Origin: Octopus vulgaris | Taxonomy: Eukaryota | Direction of reading: 5' to 3' | Length of the DNA: 64,000 bases | Assembly (NCBI GenBank): GCA_951406725.2 | Contig: OX597828.1 | Span: 31,186,001-31,250,000 of the forward strand | In this document: in pieces, positions 1 through 15,318 of the stretch | Position numbering within the stretch: the stretch's first letter is position 1 | How the letters are laid out: each line of letters opens with the position of its first letter | Program-made: the position numbers and the translations under genes | Notes under the pieces: generated by a model | Databases searched by the model: none | The model's input: only the letters and a program-made list of their open reading frames with translations | What the model was told of the DNA's origin: nothing

Positions 1-1724
1 GCGTCGAGATATTAGCGAGTTTAGACTACCGTTGTAAGTTCAAAACAGTAAGTCACTTATTTCAACACAGCTTTAAATTTTTTTTATGGAAGTCCCCATT
101 GTATAAGACAATAAAGTGGGAGTTAGACAATATTTGGGTGTGTAGTTTATAAAATTTCGTCATATAAACTGTGGTAAGCTAACCAATATAATTCTGTTAT
201 TGCGAAGAATATTACTCTACTATCAATATAATGCATTTCACATATGAGACCCACTTTCTCGGAATAAGTATAAATGCGATATTACAGACAGTATCCTCTA
301 AAATGCTGGAGATTATAATCAGAGTTATATCATCATTTTCTGTAGCGACTCTGTCTAGTCTCACATAAGAAAAGAACTTATGTATTAGTCATGTTTACGA
401 GTATGTCTTTGTTTGTATATATAATTGATGTCGTTGTCATGAACGGAGCTAGTTTATTATATTTAACCTACCTCAATTATTTTTTTTTGGAAATACAACT
501 TTCAAAATATGTTTCTAAAACTTTCAGTATCCTGGTTCCAATAGCTTTCAAAATATAAATTTCGACAGATCTTTGACTGTCCTAAAACTCTATCTTGGAA
601 AAAGTTAATTAACTTATATATAATACATTGTCTAAATGAAAATATTACACATTCTGTTTTGCATCTTCTTTGAAGAAATTTTACCAGTTGTCATGTCGTA
701 TCATTGCATTTAGGGCATATTTTGCCGTTTTTGCTATTTATTCGTTTTTATTTTTGAAGCCATGACAACTGCTTTCCGCTCATTTTCGACACAATATTCG
801 ACAGTATATATAATACATATGTATATTTAACGTTGCATATTACATAACATTGCAGTGAAATGCTTAACTATTCTTACACATATATTGCTGTCATTGTTTA
901 CATTGATCACTAATCGACTTTGATATTCAAGAGCAGGCGTTCTATAACACTGATACTCGTAGGAGTTCATTTAACGAGTACAAACATAAAGTCGTAATCT
1001 ATTGAAGATATGCTGCGTCTCTCCGCATTAATCATCGAACTTCTCTCCAGTTTCAATAAAATAAGTTTTCTTTCCCATGTGCTCCACGTTACAATTGAAA
1101 TAGGATAACTTCTTTATACTTTTGGAGTTGCCAATATCTCAAATATTGTTATATTTCATTTTATTGTCTATATTTTCGACAACGAACCTCTCGTGCATCG
1201 CTGACTAACATGCATTATTCGATCAGGTATAGTCAGGGATAACTATATACATATTCTTTTATATTATTTAGGAATGTATTATGCGGCTTTCTCCTAATGA
1301 TATAATTGCATCATTCACAGTGTAATTGGAAATATGTGTTATGTTTGGGTTTAAGCCAATTAAACTCAGAGAGGAAGAGGTTTTAGATCTTCCCTCTATT
1401 CATTGATTTGCATGTTAGTTTCAATAAGCCAGTCATTGTCGTTCTTCTGTAGATAACAACTTTGAAACACTGCGATGACACAGCAGTACAACGGGATTAT
1501 GATACCAAAAAGGTTACAAAGCCCCACCTAAAATAATTTAAACATGCGTTGCAAGTGCTCAGAAAGCACATAAGTTAATTTAGCCGCTATAATCACGAAC
1601 AATCGGAGAATGTAAAATTTCAGCCACCTGAAATTTGTAAAGAAATTGTCTGAAGGACGTTTTGTATGAAATAATTATTAGCAAGGAAAATTGTTTAAGT
1701 TTGCAGTTTATAACGGCTGGAAAA

Positions 1725-2251
1725 CCGGTCCTTTTAAAATTTCTCAAAATTTTTTGTTGTTCCAATCTCTTTCAAGTGTTTGGAAATTGTCGTTACGTTA
1801 CGTCTAATTCAGAAGCAAGCTCTCGAACAGTCGTGCGTGGGCTGACTTCGACTAAGGCTCTTATGTAACCGTTGTCAACATCCGTTGGCTGACCACTACG
1901 CTTATCATCTTCAAGTCTCTCATCACCGCTACGAAATTTCTTGAACTACAATTGTGCTGTACTTTTATTAGAGGTTGCTGGGCCAAACACATCGATGATA
2001 TCACCAGCTATTTCAGCAGCTTTTCGGCTTAGCATAAACTAGGATACGAAATTGCGGGAATTTGCTTTTTGTCTATGTTGTATTCAATGTTCCGGAAAGA
2101 ATAGCCTAAATAAAAAAGAGTAACACGATTAGATAAAGCGTAAAAAAGGCTTTAAAATGATATACAAAGTAATATAGCGAACATTAATTTGAAAGTACAT
2201 AATTTAAAAGCAAAATTTAAAATTCCACAAGGATTTGTTTACAACCTGATA
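1725..2251 (-). mobile_element. Mariner transposon relic (5' TIR + transposase HTH region)
   Basis: Minus frame KAAEIAGDIIDVFGPATSNKSTAQL*FKKFRSGDERLEDDKRSGQP...PRTTVRELASEL is a typical mariner N-terminus; TIR-like end ...acaacctgata at ~2251. Confidence 0.85.
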
Positions 2252-2342
2252 GTTATTTTCTATGTAAAGGGAGAATGGGTTTCCGTATTTTTCTAGTACT
2301 TTACGATAAAGAGTGATGTCTAGGCACCGCCTGACTAGGTTA

Positions 2343-2404
2343 GCAATAGATGAATAGATAAACAGATAAAATAGATAAATAGATATATAGACAGACAGAC
2401 AGGC

Positions 2405-2448
<44 letters not shown>

Positions 2449-2465
2449 GGATAGATAGATTGATT

Positions 2466-2521
<56 letters not shown>

Positions 2522-2529
2522 CAGACATG

Positions 2530-2569
<40 letters not shown>

Positions 2570-2596
2570 CAGGTAGATAGATAGAGAGGTAGATAT
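2343..2596. repeat. (GATA)n microsatellite
   Basis: Direct inspection. Confidence 0.95.
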
Positions 2597-3490
2597 ACAC
2601 ATGCGTATAATAATTACATTTGAGAACAATATTTATTTGTAACAATATAGTTCATGCATTCATGAACACAGCTGGTGAACTCAGAGTAAAGTGCTACAGT
2701 AGAGATTATATACCACATACAAACATTAGCAAGTAAAATTTATCAGGAATCTGTATAGGAATACACTGCCATATTGACACACTAATAGACAAAAACACTC
2801 CCTCATATATATATATGTATATATATGTATGTATACATACACATATGTATGTAAAATTTGTGGATGTGTATGTAACTAAGAAGTATATAAATGCGTGTGT
2901 GATTGTGTGTGAGTGTGTATGTGTACCACTGTGCGTTTGTTCGTAATTTTATGTTGTTATGTATGTAACTATATGCCTTAATTGATACATATGGAAATAT
3001 CAGGAAGCAATTCTCCTCCTAATTTGCACGCAGCACCTTTGGGGGGTGGTTCTTTATGGGAAATAACACGCAACATTTGTAGTTAGTGACACTTTGATGG
3101 AATATCAACATAGGCAACGCTCCCACAGGTGCAGAGGCGAATTACTTTGATTTTGTAGATAATGTATAACTTCCAAGGTATTCAGATTTCAATTGGAATA
3201 CCTTAACACAATATAGCAAAAGAGAAAAATAAGCTCATAAATTAAAGTGCTACGTTTGGTTGTTCTGCTGTTTATATACACCTGAATTATTCATACGTAA
3301 ATTATTCATATGTATGTATATATGTATAGTCGGAGACCGTACACAGTATGCGCCTCAACCACATAGCACCGGTCTCTGTCCAACAATCTCGGGCTGTTTT
3401 GCTAGACTGTACCTGAAATTAGCCAGATGTGTGTGTATATATATGTGTGTACTTGTGCGTGTATCTGTATATGTGCGTGTGTGTGTTTAC

Positions 3491-3551
<61 letters not shown>

Positions 3552-3610
3552 TACGCCACATACACATATTCACTCAGTTACATAGACACACACACACACT
3601 CAGATATAGA

Positions 3611-3698
<88 letters not shown>

Positions 3699-3700
3699 GC

Positions 3701-4322
<622 letters not shown>

Positions 4323-4345
4323 TATATATATATATATGTGTATAT

Positions 4346-4541
4346 TACTAGTAATGGTATGACAACAAAAGTATGAATGAGACCGCGATAGTATGTAAAT
4401 AGAGGAATTTATCTCTAATATATTATGTGACAATTATTCGGTCGCCCTAATAGAACTCTGAATTTCGGATATCAGGGCGGAAATCTGCCCCGGCATCTCA
4501 GCAGATATCAAGGCTATGAAATATGCTATGAAAATGACCGT

Positions 4542-4542
<1 letters not shown>
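4346..4542 (-). mobile_element. PLE-terminus fragment in (TA)n with degenerate hammerhead (4449-4509)
   Basis: CUGCUGA gaugccggggc...gcccugauauc cGAAA uucagag UU; A6 mutated and helix I degraded. Confidence 0.5.
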
Positions 4543-4578
<36 letters not shown>

Positions 4579-4615
4579 GTGTGTATATGTGCGTGTGTGT
4601 GTATGTATGTATGTG

Positions 4616-4649
<34 letters not shown>

Positions 4650-5400
4650 TGTCTGTGTGTGTGTGTGTGAAGGTTTAATTATACCATTCCTTCGGTGATA
4701 TGGTTTGTTATAACCAGAAATGGCTCTGACGAAAGTTGCATTAATTTTTTGAGATCGTTCAATTCTTCTCAAATGAACAATTCTGAACAACAGTCCAAAT
4801 GAAAAACCTCTCACTGACGAACTACGGGAAACAACTGTAAGCCTAAGGAAAAATATGAAATGACTATTATTCATAGCTTTATATAGAGATATCTACGTTA
4901 CGCCTGCTTGTTGTTCATACAACAATCCTCGTCTTGTTTTTGTATAAAAATCAGCTATATGTACATTAAATATAGAGATATTCTATTGACATTCAGGAAT
5001 TTGTTTATATTACAATAGTACATTAAATACTATGAATATAATATAGAACATTATTGGATGTTTAACACGCCCCTTTGAAGGATTTGTTTTCCTCAGTTTG
5101 TCACTTTATACACACACACACACACACACACACATATGTATGTATATTGTTAGTCACATCCTTTGTTTGAGTTTTGTTTTTGCTATGTTTCTATAAAAAT
5201 GTTGGCGCATTTTGTTTAAGTTGCTTAAAAGCCGCCCGACAGGTAGCGCCAGTGGAGTGTTTTTCACTAGGCGTTTAGCCCAATAACGACACTTCATGCA
5301 TGGAATGCATATCAAATTTTGTTAAACTTGACCAACATTTTTTATAGAATGGACAATTTTCGTCAAAACAATCATATATGTCGACTTGGGACTTATATTT

Positions 5401-5620
5401 GTGACGTATATTTGCCATTTAAATATGGCTAGCCCCTAAGGGTGGATGCTACTGTAGTTTGTAGCCCCAGGAGGACACCTCCTCCAACTGGCTATAGACA
5501 CTTTCTGTGCCCTATCAGTATCTTTTTAGTCAGCTGGAGGAGATATCCTCCTGGGGCTACAAACTTCAGTAGCATCCACCTTTAGGGGTTAGCCATATTT
5601 AAAAGGCAAATATACGTCAC
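5401..5620. repeat. Inverted repeat (~95-bp arms) within a larger interspersed repeat
   Basis: gtgacgtatatttgcc...ggaggacacctcctccaactgg mirrored by cagctggaggagatatcctcc...ggcaaatatacgtcac. Confidence 0.85.
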
Positions 5621-6959
5621 GATGTGTTGTAGCTACTGTTTATAACTCGCTCTGAGATTTATTAGAAACATTTTTTTTGTCCTCCCATTCGGGGATTATT
5701 TTTTTTCTAGATAACCTTTTTCTTTCGCGCGCTCTCTCACTCTACCTCTCTTACTATCTCTTTCTTTCCGTACCCCATCACCAATAGCTCCACCATCGCT
5801 ACCACAACCGCTATAAACACGCCTTTCAGACTTCTGACGCCAACACCATAAGCTCGTGTGACTTCGCCGCCTTACCCTCCACCATCATCACCGCTGTCAC
5901 ATCCCTTGCTATCACTGTCATGTTTGACCGCCTCAGCTACCACCACCACCATCATCACCGGTGCCTCCACCTATATCACATCTACAGCTTATACTGTTAC
6001 TATCACCCTACTACTGTCAATCTACTACCACCCTCACCGTCTCTATGCCTACTATTACTCTCACCCCAGCAAGAGGAGTAGAAGAAGTGTCATTGAATAG
6101 TGAGGGAGGGGGTTGCATATATTATAATAGATGTATTTAATGTCCTTATTTGTTTTACACATTCAGTCGAATACTTTTTATGCGACAGCAATTTTTGTCT
6201 TTTTTCTCTTTCGTTGTTCTTTTCTCTCTCTCTTTGATTTCTCTTTCTCCTTCCCTCCATCTCACTCTCTATTTCCCACTCTCTGCACTCGCCACTCTTT
6301 CTTTCCTCCCCCCCCCCCCACTGTCACGTTTCTCTGTACCTTGAAATCGATTCTATTTTCACCATATGGTCTGGTTTTCCACTCTCACATTCTCGTTTCC
6401 GATCCTATTGGATACTTTCCACTTTCTTGGCGCTAGGTTATATTCTGCAAATCGTAGAGTCAGTTTTTTTGTTTTGTTTTTGCAGCTATATATTGTCGGG
6501 TTTACGTTAGTATCCCTTACGTTCGCTAGCTATTCCCAGCGGATTTTCACCGCTGACCCCACAAAGAATGGATATTGTTATTGTTAAAGGCGCGAGATTA
6601 TGATCTTTTAGAGGATATGTGACAAGGAAGTACCAACGCCCTATGTGTAAATTTTCCTATTGTTATGATTTGAAACACTCGCACAGACACATACACATAT
6701 GCTCACAATGACACACACATACACACACAAACGCACACATTCATCCACACACACACGCACATATATGTGTGCAAATCTACATCCATGCACATTTACATAC
6801 GTATGTATGATGTATGTGTGTGTGAGTGGGTGTGCGTGCATGCGTGCGTGTTTTTATACATAATATACTCATGCATATACATATAATTAAGTCTCTAGTA
6901 CTACCGTCAATATGTCACTTTTATAACTACTTAGTGAGAAAGCGAGGAATATACACTTT

Positions 6960-7235
6960 ACTCTTTTACTCTTTTACTTGTTTCAGTCATTTGACTGCGG
7001 CCATGCTGGAGCACCGCCTTTAATCGAGCAATTCGACCCCGGGACTTATTCTTTTGTAAGCCCAGTACTTATTCTATCTGTCTCTTTTGCCGAACCGCTA
7101 CGTAACGGGGACATAAACACACCAGCATCGGTTGTCAAGCAATGCTAGGGGGACAAACATAGACACACAAACACACGTACGCATATACATACATATATAC
7201 GACGGGCTTCTTTCAGTTTCTGTCTACCAAATCGG
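6960..7235 (-). mobile_element. SINE family A (partial)
   Basis: Near-identical to 10787-11060 (tttcagtcatttgactgcggccatgctggagca...). Confidence 0.8.
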
Positions 7236-8034
7236 AGTGGGAGGTGCTGGATTGGTTACGGATCACCCGATTAATAGACACTAAGTGCTGAACATATGGT
7301 ACGAGTATCTGTATTTTCATCACTAGACATTGATTTGTCAACTTCACTTTTGATATGTTCTTCAAATATTGATATTTTTCGACATCACGTACCACAAATT
7401 GCAAAATGTTAAGTGTATTTCATATTACATGAGTATTCATTACAATCCTTTTGGGCATGTCAGGACTGTAAGATATCAAGCTATTTCATTTCCTAAAAAA
7501 GATTCAGAGTGATGTTTTTCCAAGATAGACAAGGTGTGTATAGAATTGCTGATGTTGATAGAGTAATTTTGATTTATATGCTTACTTGCAATGCCAAAAA
7601 CTGTAGCACCAATATGTGCATTCATTGAATAACAGTACCATGCTGTTTTCATTTTTTGTAAGCAATTCACAAATATATGCAAAAAGCATTGACCATCAAA
7701 TGTTTCGCTACAGGTTTCACCTAGAAATTGCGAAGATTAAAAATATATGCATGTATGTGCAAGTATATGTATACATACATACGCAAAGACAACATATACA
7801 CACACAAACTTCACCACCCAAATATATATGCTCGAAATACAAGACTAGAAAAACAGCGAACAACTGATAAAGGGCCGTACTTCATGTTACTTGTTTTGTT
7901 TTCCATTTGTGTCTTTCGTTGTTCGAAAGAATAGTTCATGTTCCATGTAGTCGTGCTTCGTATTTTCGTGTTGTACACGTTTCGTGACGTCGTGTGCGCG
8001 CATATGTATATATGCATATATGTAGTATTTATTA

Positions 8035-8087
<53 letters not shown>

Positions 8088-8092
8088 TATAT

Positions 8093-8139
<47 letters not shown>

Positions 8140-8966
8140 TATATACATGTATGTATATGTAAATACCACATATTTTAGCAAACAATTCTTCCAATAATTA
8201 CGTTACATATTTGGGTTATGTTTTTGTGAGAACTGAAATTAACATACAGCTATTATAGATCGTGTTACTGTCATGAAATATTAACTTTGACAACGTTCTC
8301 AGAGGAATCCAGTCATATTACGCTTATTTGGAGACAATAAGTTATTCAGCAAGCTTTCTCACTTTCGCTAGTAACTACTAATGCTCAATGTAAACAAACG
8401 TTCTGCACAATTCATTCACCAGTTATATATTCAAAATAAACAAAGAACCTACATTTTCTGAAATCATATTCCAATGCAAATATTCCATTGTTTACATATG
8501 CCTGTGTGTGCGTGTGTGTGTCTGTTTGTGTGCGCGTGCCTATATTGTATATACACACACGCTCACGCACATTTATATAAACACATATATATGCATATAC
8601 ACTTATACAGTCGTACAGTCATATTTACTCTTATACATGTTCGTGAGTGTGCGTTTGTAGTCATTAAGTGTTCTGTTAATTGTCGATTTCGATTATTATA
8701 AATATTTCCCTGTTGGGGATGTGTTTTAATTATTTATGAAATCAAAAGCAATGTGTAACTTCGATTGTTGTGCCATCCACTGCGTGACACTTTCTGCATG
8801 TGTGTTCTAGTTTTCAACTTTTCAAGAATTCATTACTTTAGTGTCTTTTGTATAAAGTTGAAAACGTGACTAGAATTCGATTATAGCTGAGTCGACATTA
8901 AACAGGAAGCCAAACGGTGTTCTTGTATTTGTCTTTCTATTACAACTTAAATATGTACTTGGATAC

Positions 8967-9052
<86 letters not shown>

Positions 9053-9625
9053 GAATACACACACACACCTCAGTATAATTTGTGTACTCGATTATATCAT
9101 TCGAAGCAATGTGAAGTAATATCCGCGGGCCTGTGGGAAATAGAGAGAAAAAAGAGCACAAGCATTTTCTGAAAGGACTTAGCATGAATTCCCTTGCTTA
9201 TGTACGCAGGTTCGTCCCTTAGTATGTGCGCAAGCCATTGTTTTCCACATTCAGAGACAAACACACACTTATATAAATACAATCGTATTCATGTGTAGAT
9301 TTATACACACACACACGCACACAGATAAATGCTTTTTGCTTTTAAGTTTGTTTTATTTGTTTCAATAATTTAATCGCGACCATGCCTGGGCATCGCCTTG
9401 GATGACGTTTGAATAGAATATATCTATCACTTCAATTCCTTCTTTCTTTCCTGTTTTAACCTGGAACTTAGTCTGTCGGTCTCTCTCTTTTTTTTTCACA
9501 TGTTGAGTTAAGTGAACTTAAACACATCAATTCCTGTTGTCAAGTGGTGTTGAGATATAAACAGAAACACACAGATACACACACAATCACACACATCGAA
9601 ACATATGTATATGTGTATATATATA

Positions 9626-9830
9626 TTACCGGAGAATGACTCCGGTAATTTGGTACGATCGTTTCGTACTACATGTAGTAAAAAACGATCGTACCAAATT
9701 AACGGTGTCATACTTGTTGCTTATTTTGATTATAATCACTCCCTGGATTTTTATGGATAACACCATACTAAATTCTGGTGCATCTAAATTAGGTATCATA
9801 TTCATTTGAATCTAAATTTTTGCTGAACTT
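9626..9830. mobile_element. PLE-terminus fragment with short hairpin containing the 3' half of a hammerhead
   Basis: Hairpin aatttggtacgatcgtttcgtactac-at-gtagta...cgatcgtaccaaatt (GAAA cgaucg UA); 9705-9830 is the reverse-complement homologue of 17004-17120. Confidence 0.65.
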
Positions 9831-10152
9831 ATATATATATGTAAGAAGTTTTGATATTAAGCTTGGCCTGAACAAATACATTCACAACTTTTAAGACGCT
9901 TTAAATAAATTCGATTCATTAACACCGAGTACAAACTCTATATTTGGTGCTGGAATCTTATATGTATATAACGCTGCCTAAATAATGGATCTACAGATGC
10001 AATATCCCTGCATATCTCACGTCTATTTTCATTCCTCCACTTCACTCCCTAGTTTATATCTTATCTAAAATAACTATTGCTCAACCATTTTATCACACCG
10101 TGTCGGATGTAGGGATATATAAAATATCCCGGAAACAGCTGTAATATATATC

Positions 10153-10183
<31 letters not shown>

Positions 10184-10219
10184 CTCTATCTATCTATATC
10201 TCTCTATATATATATCTTT

Positions 10220-10453
10220 TCAATATATGACCTCGTAAGTACCGCTGGTGATTTTTTTCCTCTGTCTTCCCTTCTCGGGATCTTTCCTTCTCCCATGTTT
10301 CCGACGAAGAGCTCCGCTCGAAACGTTAAACCGTCCATCTTCCCTTCTTTCCTGAGCGTCCAATAATACTTTACTTGTTCCACGTCCTCGCGTTGTTGTG
10401 TTTTTTTGATTTTGTGTGTTTTTTTGATTTTGTGTGTTTTCTTGTTTGTATTA

Positions 10454-10460
<7 letters not shown>
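10220..10460 (+). mobile_element. PLE-terminus fragment with hammerhead-like motif (10297-10331)
   Basis: guuu CCGACGA a gagc-ucc-gcuc GAAA cg UUA aac; related to 32430-32610 (-). A further degenerate hammerhead lies at 10102-10143 (gggauau/auauccc gGAAA cagcug UA). Confidence 0.6.
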
Positions 10461-10502
<42 letters not shown>

Positions 10503-10504
<2 letters not shown>

Positions 10505-10755
10505 TTGAACCGCTAAAAGTCAAATTAATCCCGTTACCGTGGTAAAAGTATCTCGGTTATGAGAAAAAGATGTGAAAATATCCGATTTCTTCGGATCCCA
10601 CTCAGGATCCCAGATATCGATGTTTCGAGCTTTTTGACTCTTGTCAGTGGGATGAACCTAAGAGACGCAGCTCTGAAGAAACGTATAAAGCAATGTCTGT
10701 TGACTAATTTCCGCTGTTGGATCACACGATCGATGTAAACAAATACGCATATGCA

Positions 10756-10760
<5 letters not shown>
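10503..10760 (-). mobile_element. PLE-terminus fragment in (TA)n with degenerate hammerhead (10607-10653)
   Basis: auccca CUGACAA gagu-caaaaa-gcuc GAAA caucgaua UC ugggau; 6-bp helix I, palindromic loop 3 (aucgau), G8 mutated. Confidence 0.65.
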
Positions 10761-10786
<26 letters not shown>

Positions 10787-11163
10787 TCTTTTTTACTTGT
10801 TTCAGTCATTTGACTGCGGCCATGCTGGAGCAACGCCTTTTTGTCGAGCAAATCGACCCCGGGACTTATTCTTTGTAAGCCCAGTACTTATTTTATCGGT
10901 CTCTTTTGCCGAACGGCTAATTGACGGGGACGTAAACACACCAGCATCGGTTGTCAAGCAATGCTAGGGGGACAAACACAGACACACAAACACGTACACA
11001 CACATACATATATATACATACATATATACGACGGGCTTCTTTCAGTTTCCGTCAACCAAATCCACTCATAAGATACTTGCCCAAGATGCCACGCAGTGGG
11101 ACTGAACCTGGCACCATGTAGTTGGTTAGCCAGCTACTTACCACATAGCCACTCCTGCGCCTG
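10787..11163 (-). mobile_element. tRNA-derived SINE family A
   Basis: Minus-strand head ggcgcaggagtggctatgtggtaag...ggttcagtcccactg (A/B-box-like). Other copies at 6960, ~9340, ~24290, 34930 and ~44040. Confidence 0.85.
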
Positions 11164-11217
<54 letters not shown>

Positions 11218-12159
11218 GGTTTCTTTTCTCTTCCGTATTCACACCTGCACACAGAATTATGCATGAATTAACCGCCAAATTTTTGAGAAAATTTTCTAGT
11301 GTTCTCAATGTCGAGCTGAAGTATAGACGTATTGGTAACTACAGGTATGTGATGGAACCCTCTACCTCCAATTCATAATCACCTGTGTTTCAGGTGATCT
11401 ATGACGAACACATGTTCTACTATTAGGATAGGAGACACAGGGACATAGTCATCAACAGGAACCATATTGAAACTTCGTAAGTATTTTTACATATGAATTA
11501 TCAATTCTCAGAAGACTTAACAATCAATAAACTACTTTCAAAAACATTGTTGTATATAACATGACCATCTATATTTTCCAGTCTTCATTTTATATGTATG
11601 CTGTTGTTTTGTATTATTAACTTTAAAAAAAAATTATAAAATCAGAAAGTTTGCGGCAGTAATGTTACTAAGCGAGTGTTTTCATTGCTTTATTTTCCTT
11701 TCGCTAATATATTCACAGTTCTCATATTTCCCATGTCTTCAAAGGAAATATATAATTTCGTTTTTAAAGATAATTTCAGAACTTTCGTTAAGTGCAATTT
11801 AAGAACAATTTCATTCTTAAATGTTATTTACGCTAGGAATGTACCCAAAAAAATGATGACATGAAATGTTGCTAAACTCTTCTGCAAAAAGTTGATTAAA
11901 AAAACATATCTACGCAGACAAACAGACACATGCAAAGGCAAATACATATACATATATACACACAGTTAGAATTTCGCACCCTACCCCACACTCATATACG
12001 CATAGACACAAATATACACATGCATTCATGCATATTTATATGTACATCCAACATGTATATATATATATATATATACACATATTTTTTGTATATATATATA
12101 TACATATATGTATATATATGCATGCATACATATATATTTATATAAATTTATATGTTTGT

Positions 12160-12281
12160 ATATATGCATACATACATACATACATGCATACATACATACA
12201 TGCATGCATACATACATACATACATACATACATACATACATACATACATACATACATACATACATACATACATACATACAC
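12160..12281. repeat. (CATA)n microsatellite
   Basis: Direct inspection. Confidence 0.95.
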
Positions 12282-14887
12282 AGCGTTGGTATGTGTGTCA
12301 TGTATCAGCGAATATCTCTTCAATTCTGAACACGATTTCAAATAGTTCCACGGCATTTTGAAATATACTTCAATTACATTCAATCATCGTGAATTAAACG
12401 CTAGTATATACAATGTTTAGAACTGTAACAATTGTGTTATACAAATTACATGTATTTAGATCCGCCGTTGCATATTTTCATTCTTTTTTTATATTTTAAT
12501 TACATTCAACACCTTGTGATTTCATTCGATGAACTAAAATCATATTTTCACTGATAGGAAATATATTCGATATATACTGTTTGTTTCTCTCGTTCTATAA
12601 CAAGCAATCAATATTTCGTTTCTTTTGTATTTGTTTTTGTAACTTTAGTATCCCAAACGTAAGGAGTGTAAAATATGGCAAGTTGCAAAACAAACATTTT
12701 TAACACCGTGTGTTGATACTAATATAGTCGAAGGCGTTAAATTTGCTGGTACCAATACAAGTGCACTGTGTACGGGAGCTTAATATGTGACCCGCACGAT
12801 TGTGTTTGCCTGCATGTAAGACTTTAAAACGTGAATGCGATACGCTTGTAAATTAGCATTAGAGTTGCATATTTTTATTCCATTCATGCAAATGTTTTTC
12901 CTTATCAGATGTCCGTGAGGGGTGCGTGACATATTCAATTTCGCATAGGTAAAGCCGTAAAATGTACCTTTTTTTTTAGCCATACCATTTAGCAAGTGAT
13001 GAATATTTCTAAATGTGTAATAAAATATTATAATAAAGAGCTTATCGTGTGTAGTGCTGAAAGGAAATGAAATCGCCTGACTGTAGCCGAGTGAAACTAA
13101 GGATAGTGTTTCTTGTTCATTCAAAGACCCCGGGAATACATTTAGCAGTAGAGACGCACACTAGATTTCACAAGCATGAATATTGGCTGAAGTGAAATTG
13201 TGGGAAACGACTTTAGGTTAGACTCTTCGGGAATTCTTTTCAAATCGATGTTGAGCGATCAATTTCCTCAAGTTTCGACTTACCGGGAAACATTGGTAGA
13301 AAGATGTGACTATAAGAGGTATATACATAGTTAATGGCAGACATTGGCTTCACAAAAGTGCACAAAATAGGAAAAAAAAATCGTGAACATTTAATCTTCT
13401 CTTGGTTGTATGTGGATCACTAAACATACTTTCAGATACTTTTACTATATTATGCATTCAAAGAAAGTGCAACGTTATCACAATTAGATTAACTAATATC
13501 CTGATGTGCAAGTGTAGGATATATCATGCTTCTACTCATGTTTCAATAACACCATGCATTACGTTCATAAAGTCATGATCTTTTCTCATCTCAACAAACG
13601 ATAAGGATGCTTTTAATCACATCAAATCTAAATGGATATTTCTTCTATAGTCAGCATGGGATAGAATCAACAGAGTTATTAATGAAAGAACGCCCTGAAA
13701 GACCGGAAGAATTGTGGAATACGATTACCGTTAATATATCAGTGGCAATGGGATAAATAGTTTATTCGTTAGTGAAATACGCATGCATAAACGGATCAGA
13801 ATTCGCACTGTAGCCATACAGGAAAGACCTAAGAATCTAAAATTTCAAAATTGTTTGAGTTATTACAAATCCACTCAGACAAGTAATTTGTCAGTTTAAT
13901 GAATGGTGGCTAGATGCGAAATAAAATTAACAATATAATCATTAAACTGATCAGGAAATGTTGTAACGGACGCTGTGCACTAAAATATTCGATGCTCTTT
14001 CTTAAGAAACGCCCAGCAAGTGCATGCATAGGTATGTAGTTGAACACGCAAATCAGTAGTGTGCTGTAACAATTATCTTTTCATTAATCACCAGCACCAA
14101 ATTCCGATTTTGAGCTTCACTGCAGCTATCATTACAGCAATGCACTTCAATAACATTTCGTCCTCTTACTAGAATAAAAGCGAAAGTTTACTATAGCTCA
14201 TTCTTGAGTCAGTGCTTAGTTCAGTGGTTCAAGTTCCCGAACATTGGTCTTTGTAAACTCCTTGTGTCTCTGGTTTTGTTGTTGTTTTTTTCTCTGCTTA
14301 TACTAATTTCCTAAGCGCATATACTAATATACAGACAAATGCATATCTTATAGCTTTTAATAATACTACTTGCAAATTACACACTCATACGTGAAAACAT
14401 TTAATATAAGGTTCATTTCAGGCCTCCACTTTTCTATTATGTCAAATCATGTTCGCTACATATTGCTGTTCTGTGGTTTTAACTGTTTGTTGTTTATCTG
14501 GGTTAATATTAGTAGACGCAGTTCTTCGGCTGTTTCAACGTCACAGTTCCTAGAACATTTTGTAGCAGAATTCCTAATGATAATTTTTATCATCTGTGAT
14601 GAAGGGAAAAGTTCCACGAGAAATTCCTCTTCTCTACTGAGAAAATCTATTATGTAAAATCCATTCTGTCTGTGTGTGTGTCTTCTAGGATCTCGGGCAT
14701 CATCCATCAGATTGCGCTCAAATTTGATATGTAGATACCGACGGTGTCGGGGCGTGTATAAGTTTTGAAAAAATTACAAAAATTGATTCCAGGTGGGAAT
14801 GCGATCGATGAAGTCGTGGGAACGTGCATTTGTACGTGCAAGTACATCAGCTGATGCGATGTACTACGCACTCACTGGCACGCATTT

Positions 14888-14938
<51 letters not shown>

Positions 14939-14994
14939 AATATGTATGTCTGTATGTGTGTGTATATATGTGTATCTATGCATTCATATGTGTA

Positions 14995-15281
14995 GTTGCA
15001 TGAGGTTTTCCTGAATGTTTTGCCGCACCATTTCGTGTACGAATTCACTACTATTCCGGGTCCGCACATACTTCTACCGAGATTACATAGATATACCGAT
15101 AGGTTGGGATCATGCTGGCTTGAAATAGTTGATCTTGAAGTCGTAGATGACGGGATGGCACCTGCTTCTCCATGATCCCTACTCTGTGCTACAAATTTTC
15201 GTGACTTTAGTATTATATTGCGGAGTTTCAAGCATGCCCCGGTAGCGTTCTTGTCACAGAGTAGCAAGTGACTAGGAAAAT

Positions 15282-15282
<1 letters not shown>
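14995..15282 (-). mobile_element. Possible Ty3/gypsy RNase H remnant
   Basis: LLCDKNATGACL...SSTTSRSTISSQHDPNLSVY loosely resembles the DAS..G.GAVL / A..SR.L...E.NYS pattern. Confidence 0.3.

Positions 15283-15318
<36 letters not shown>

Noticed and set aside
14370-14880. Possible Helitron/Pif1 fragment (IICDE) with an adjacent Helitron-like end
   Set aside because: A single weak motif with no Walker A or other helicase motifs; cannot be supported without a search.
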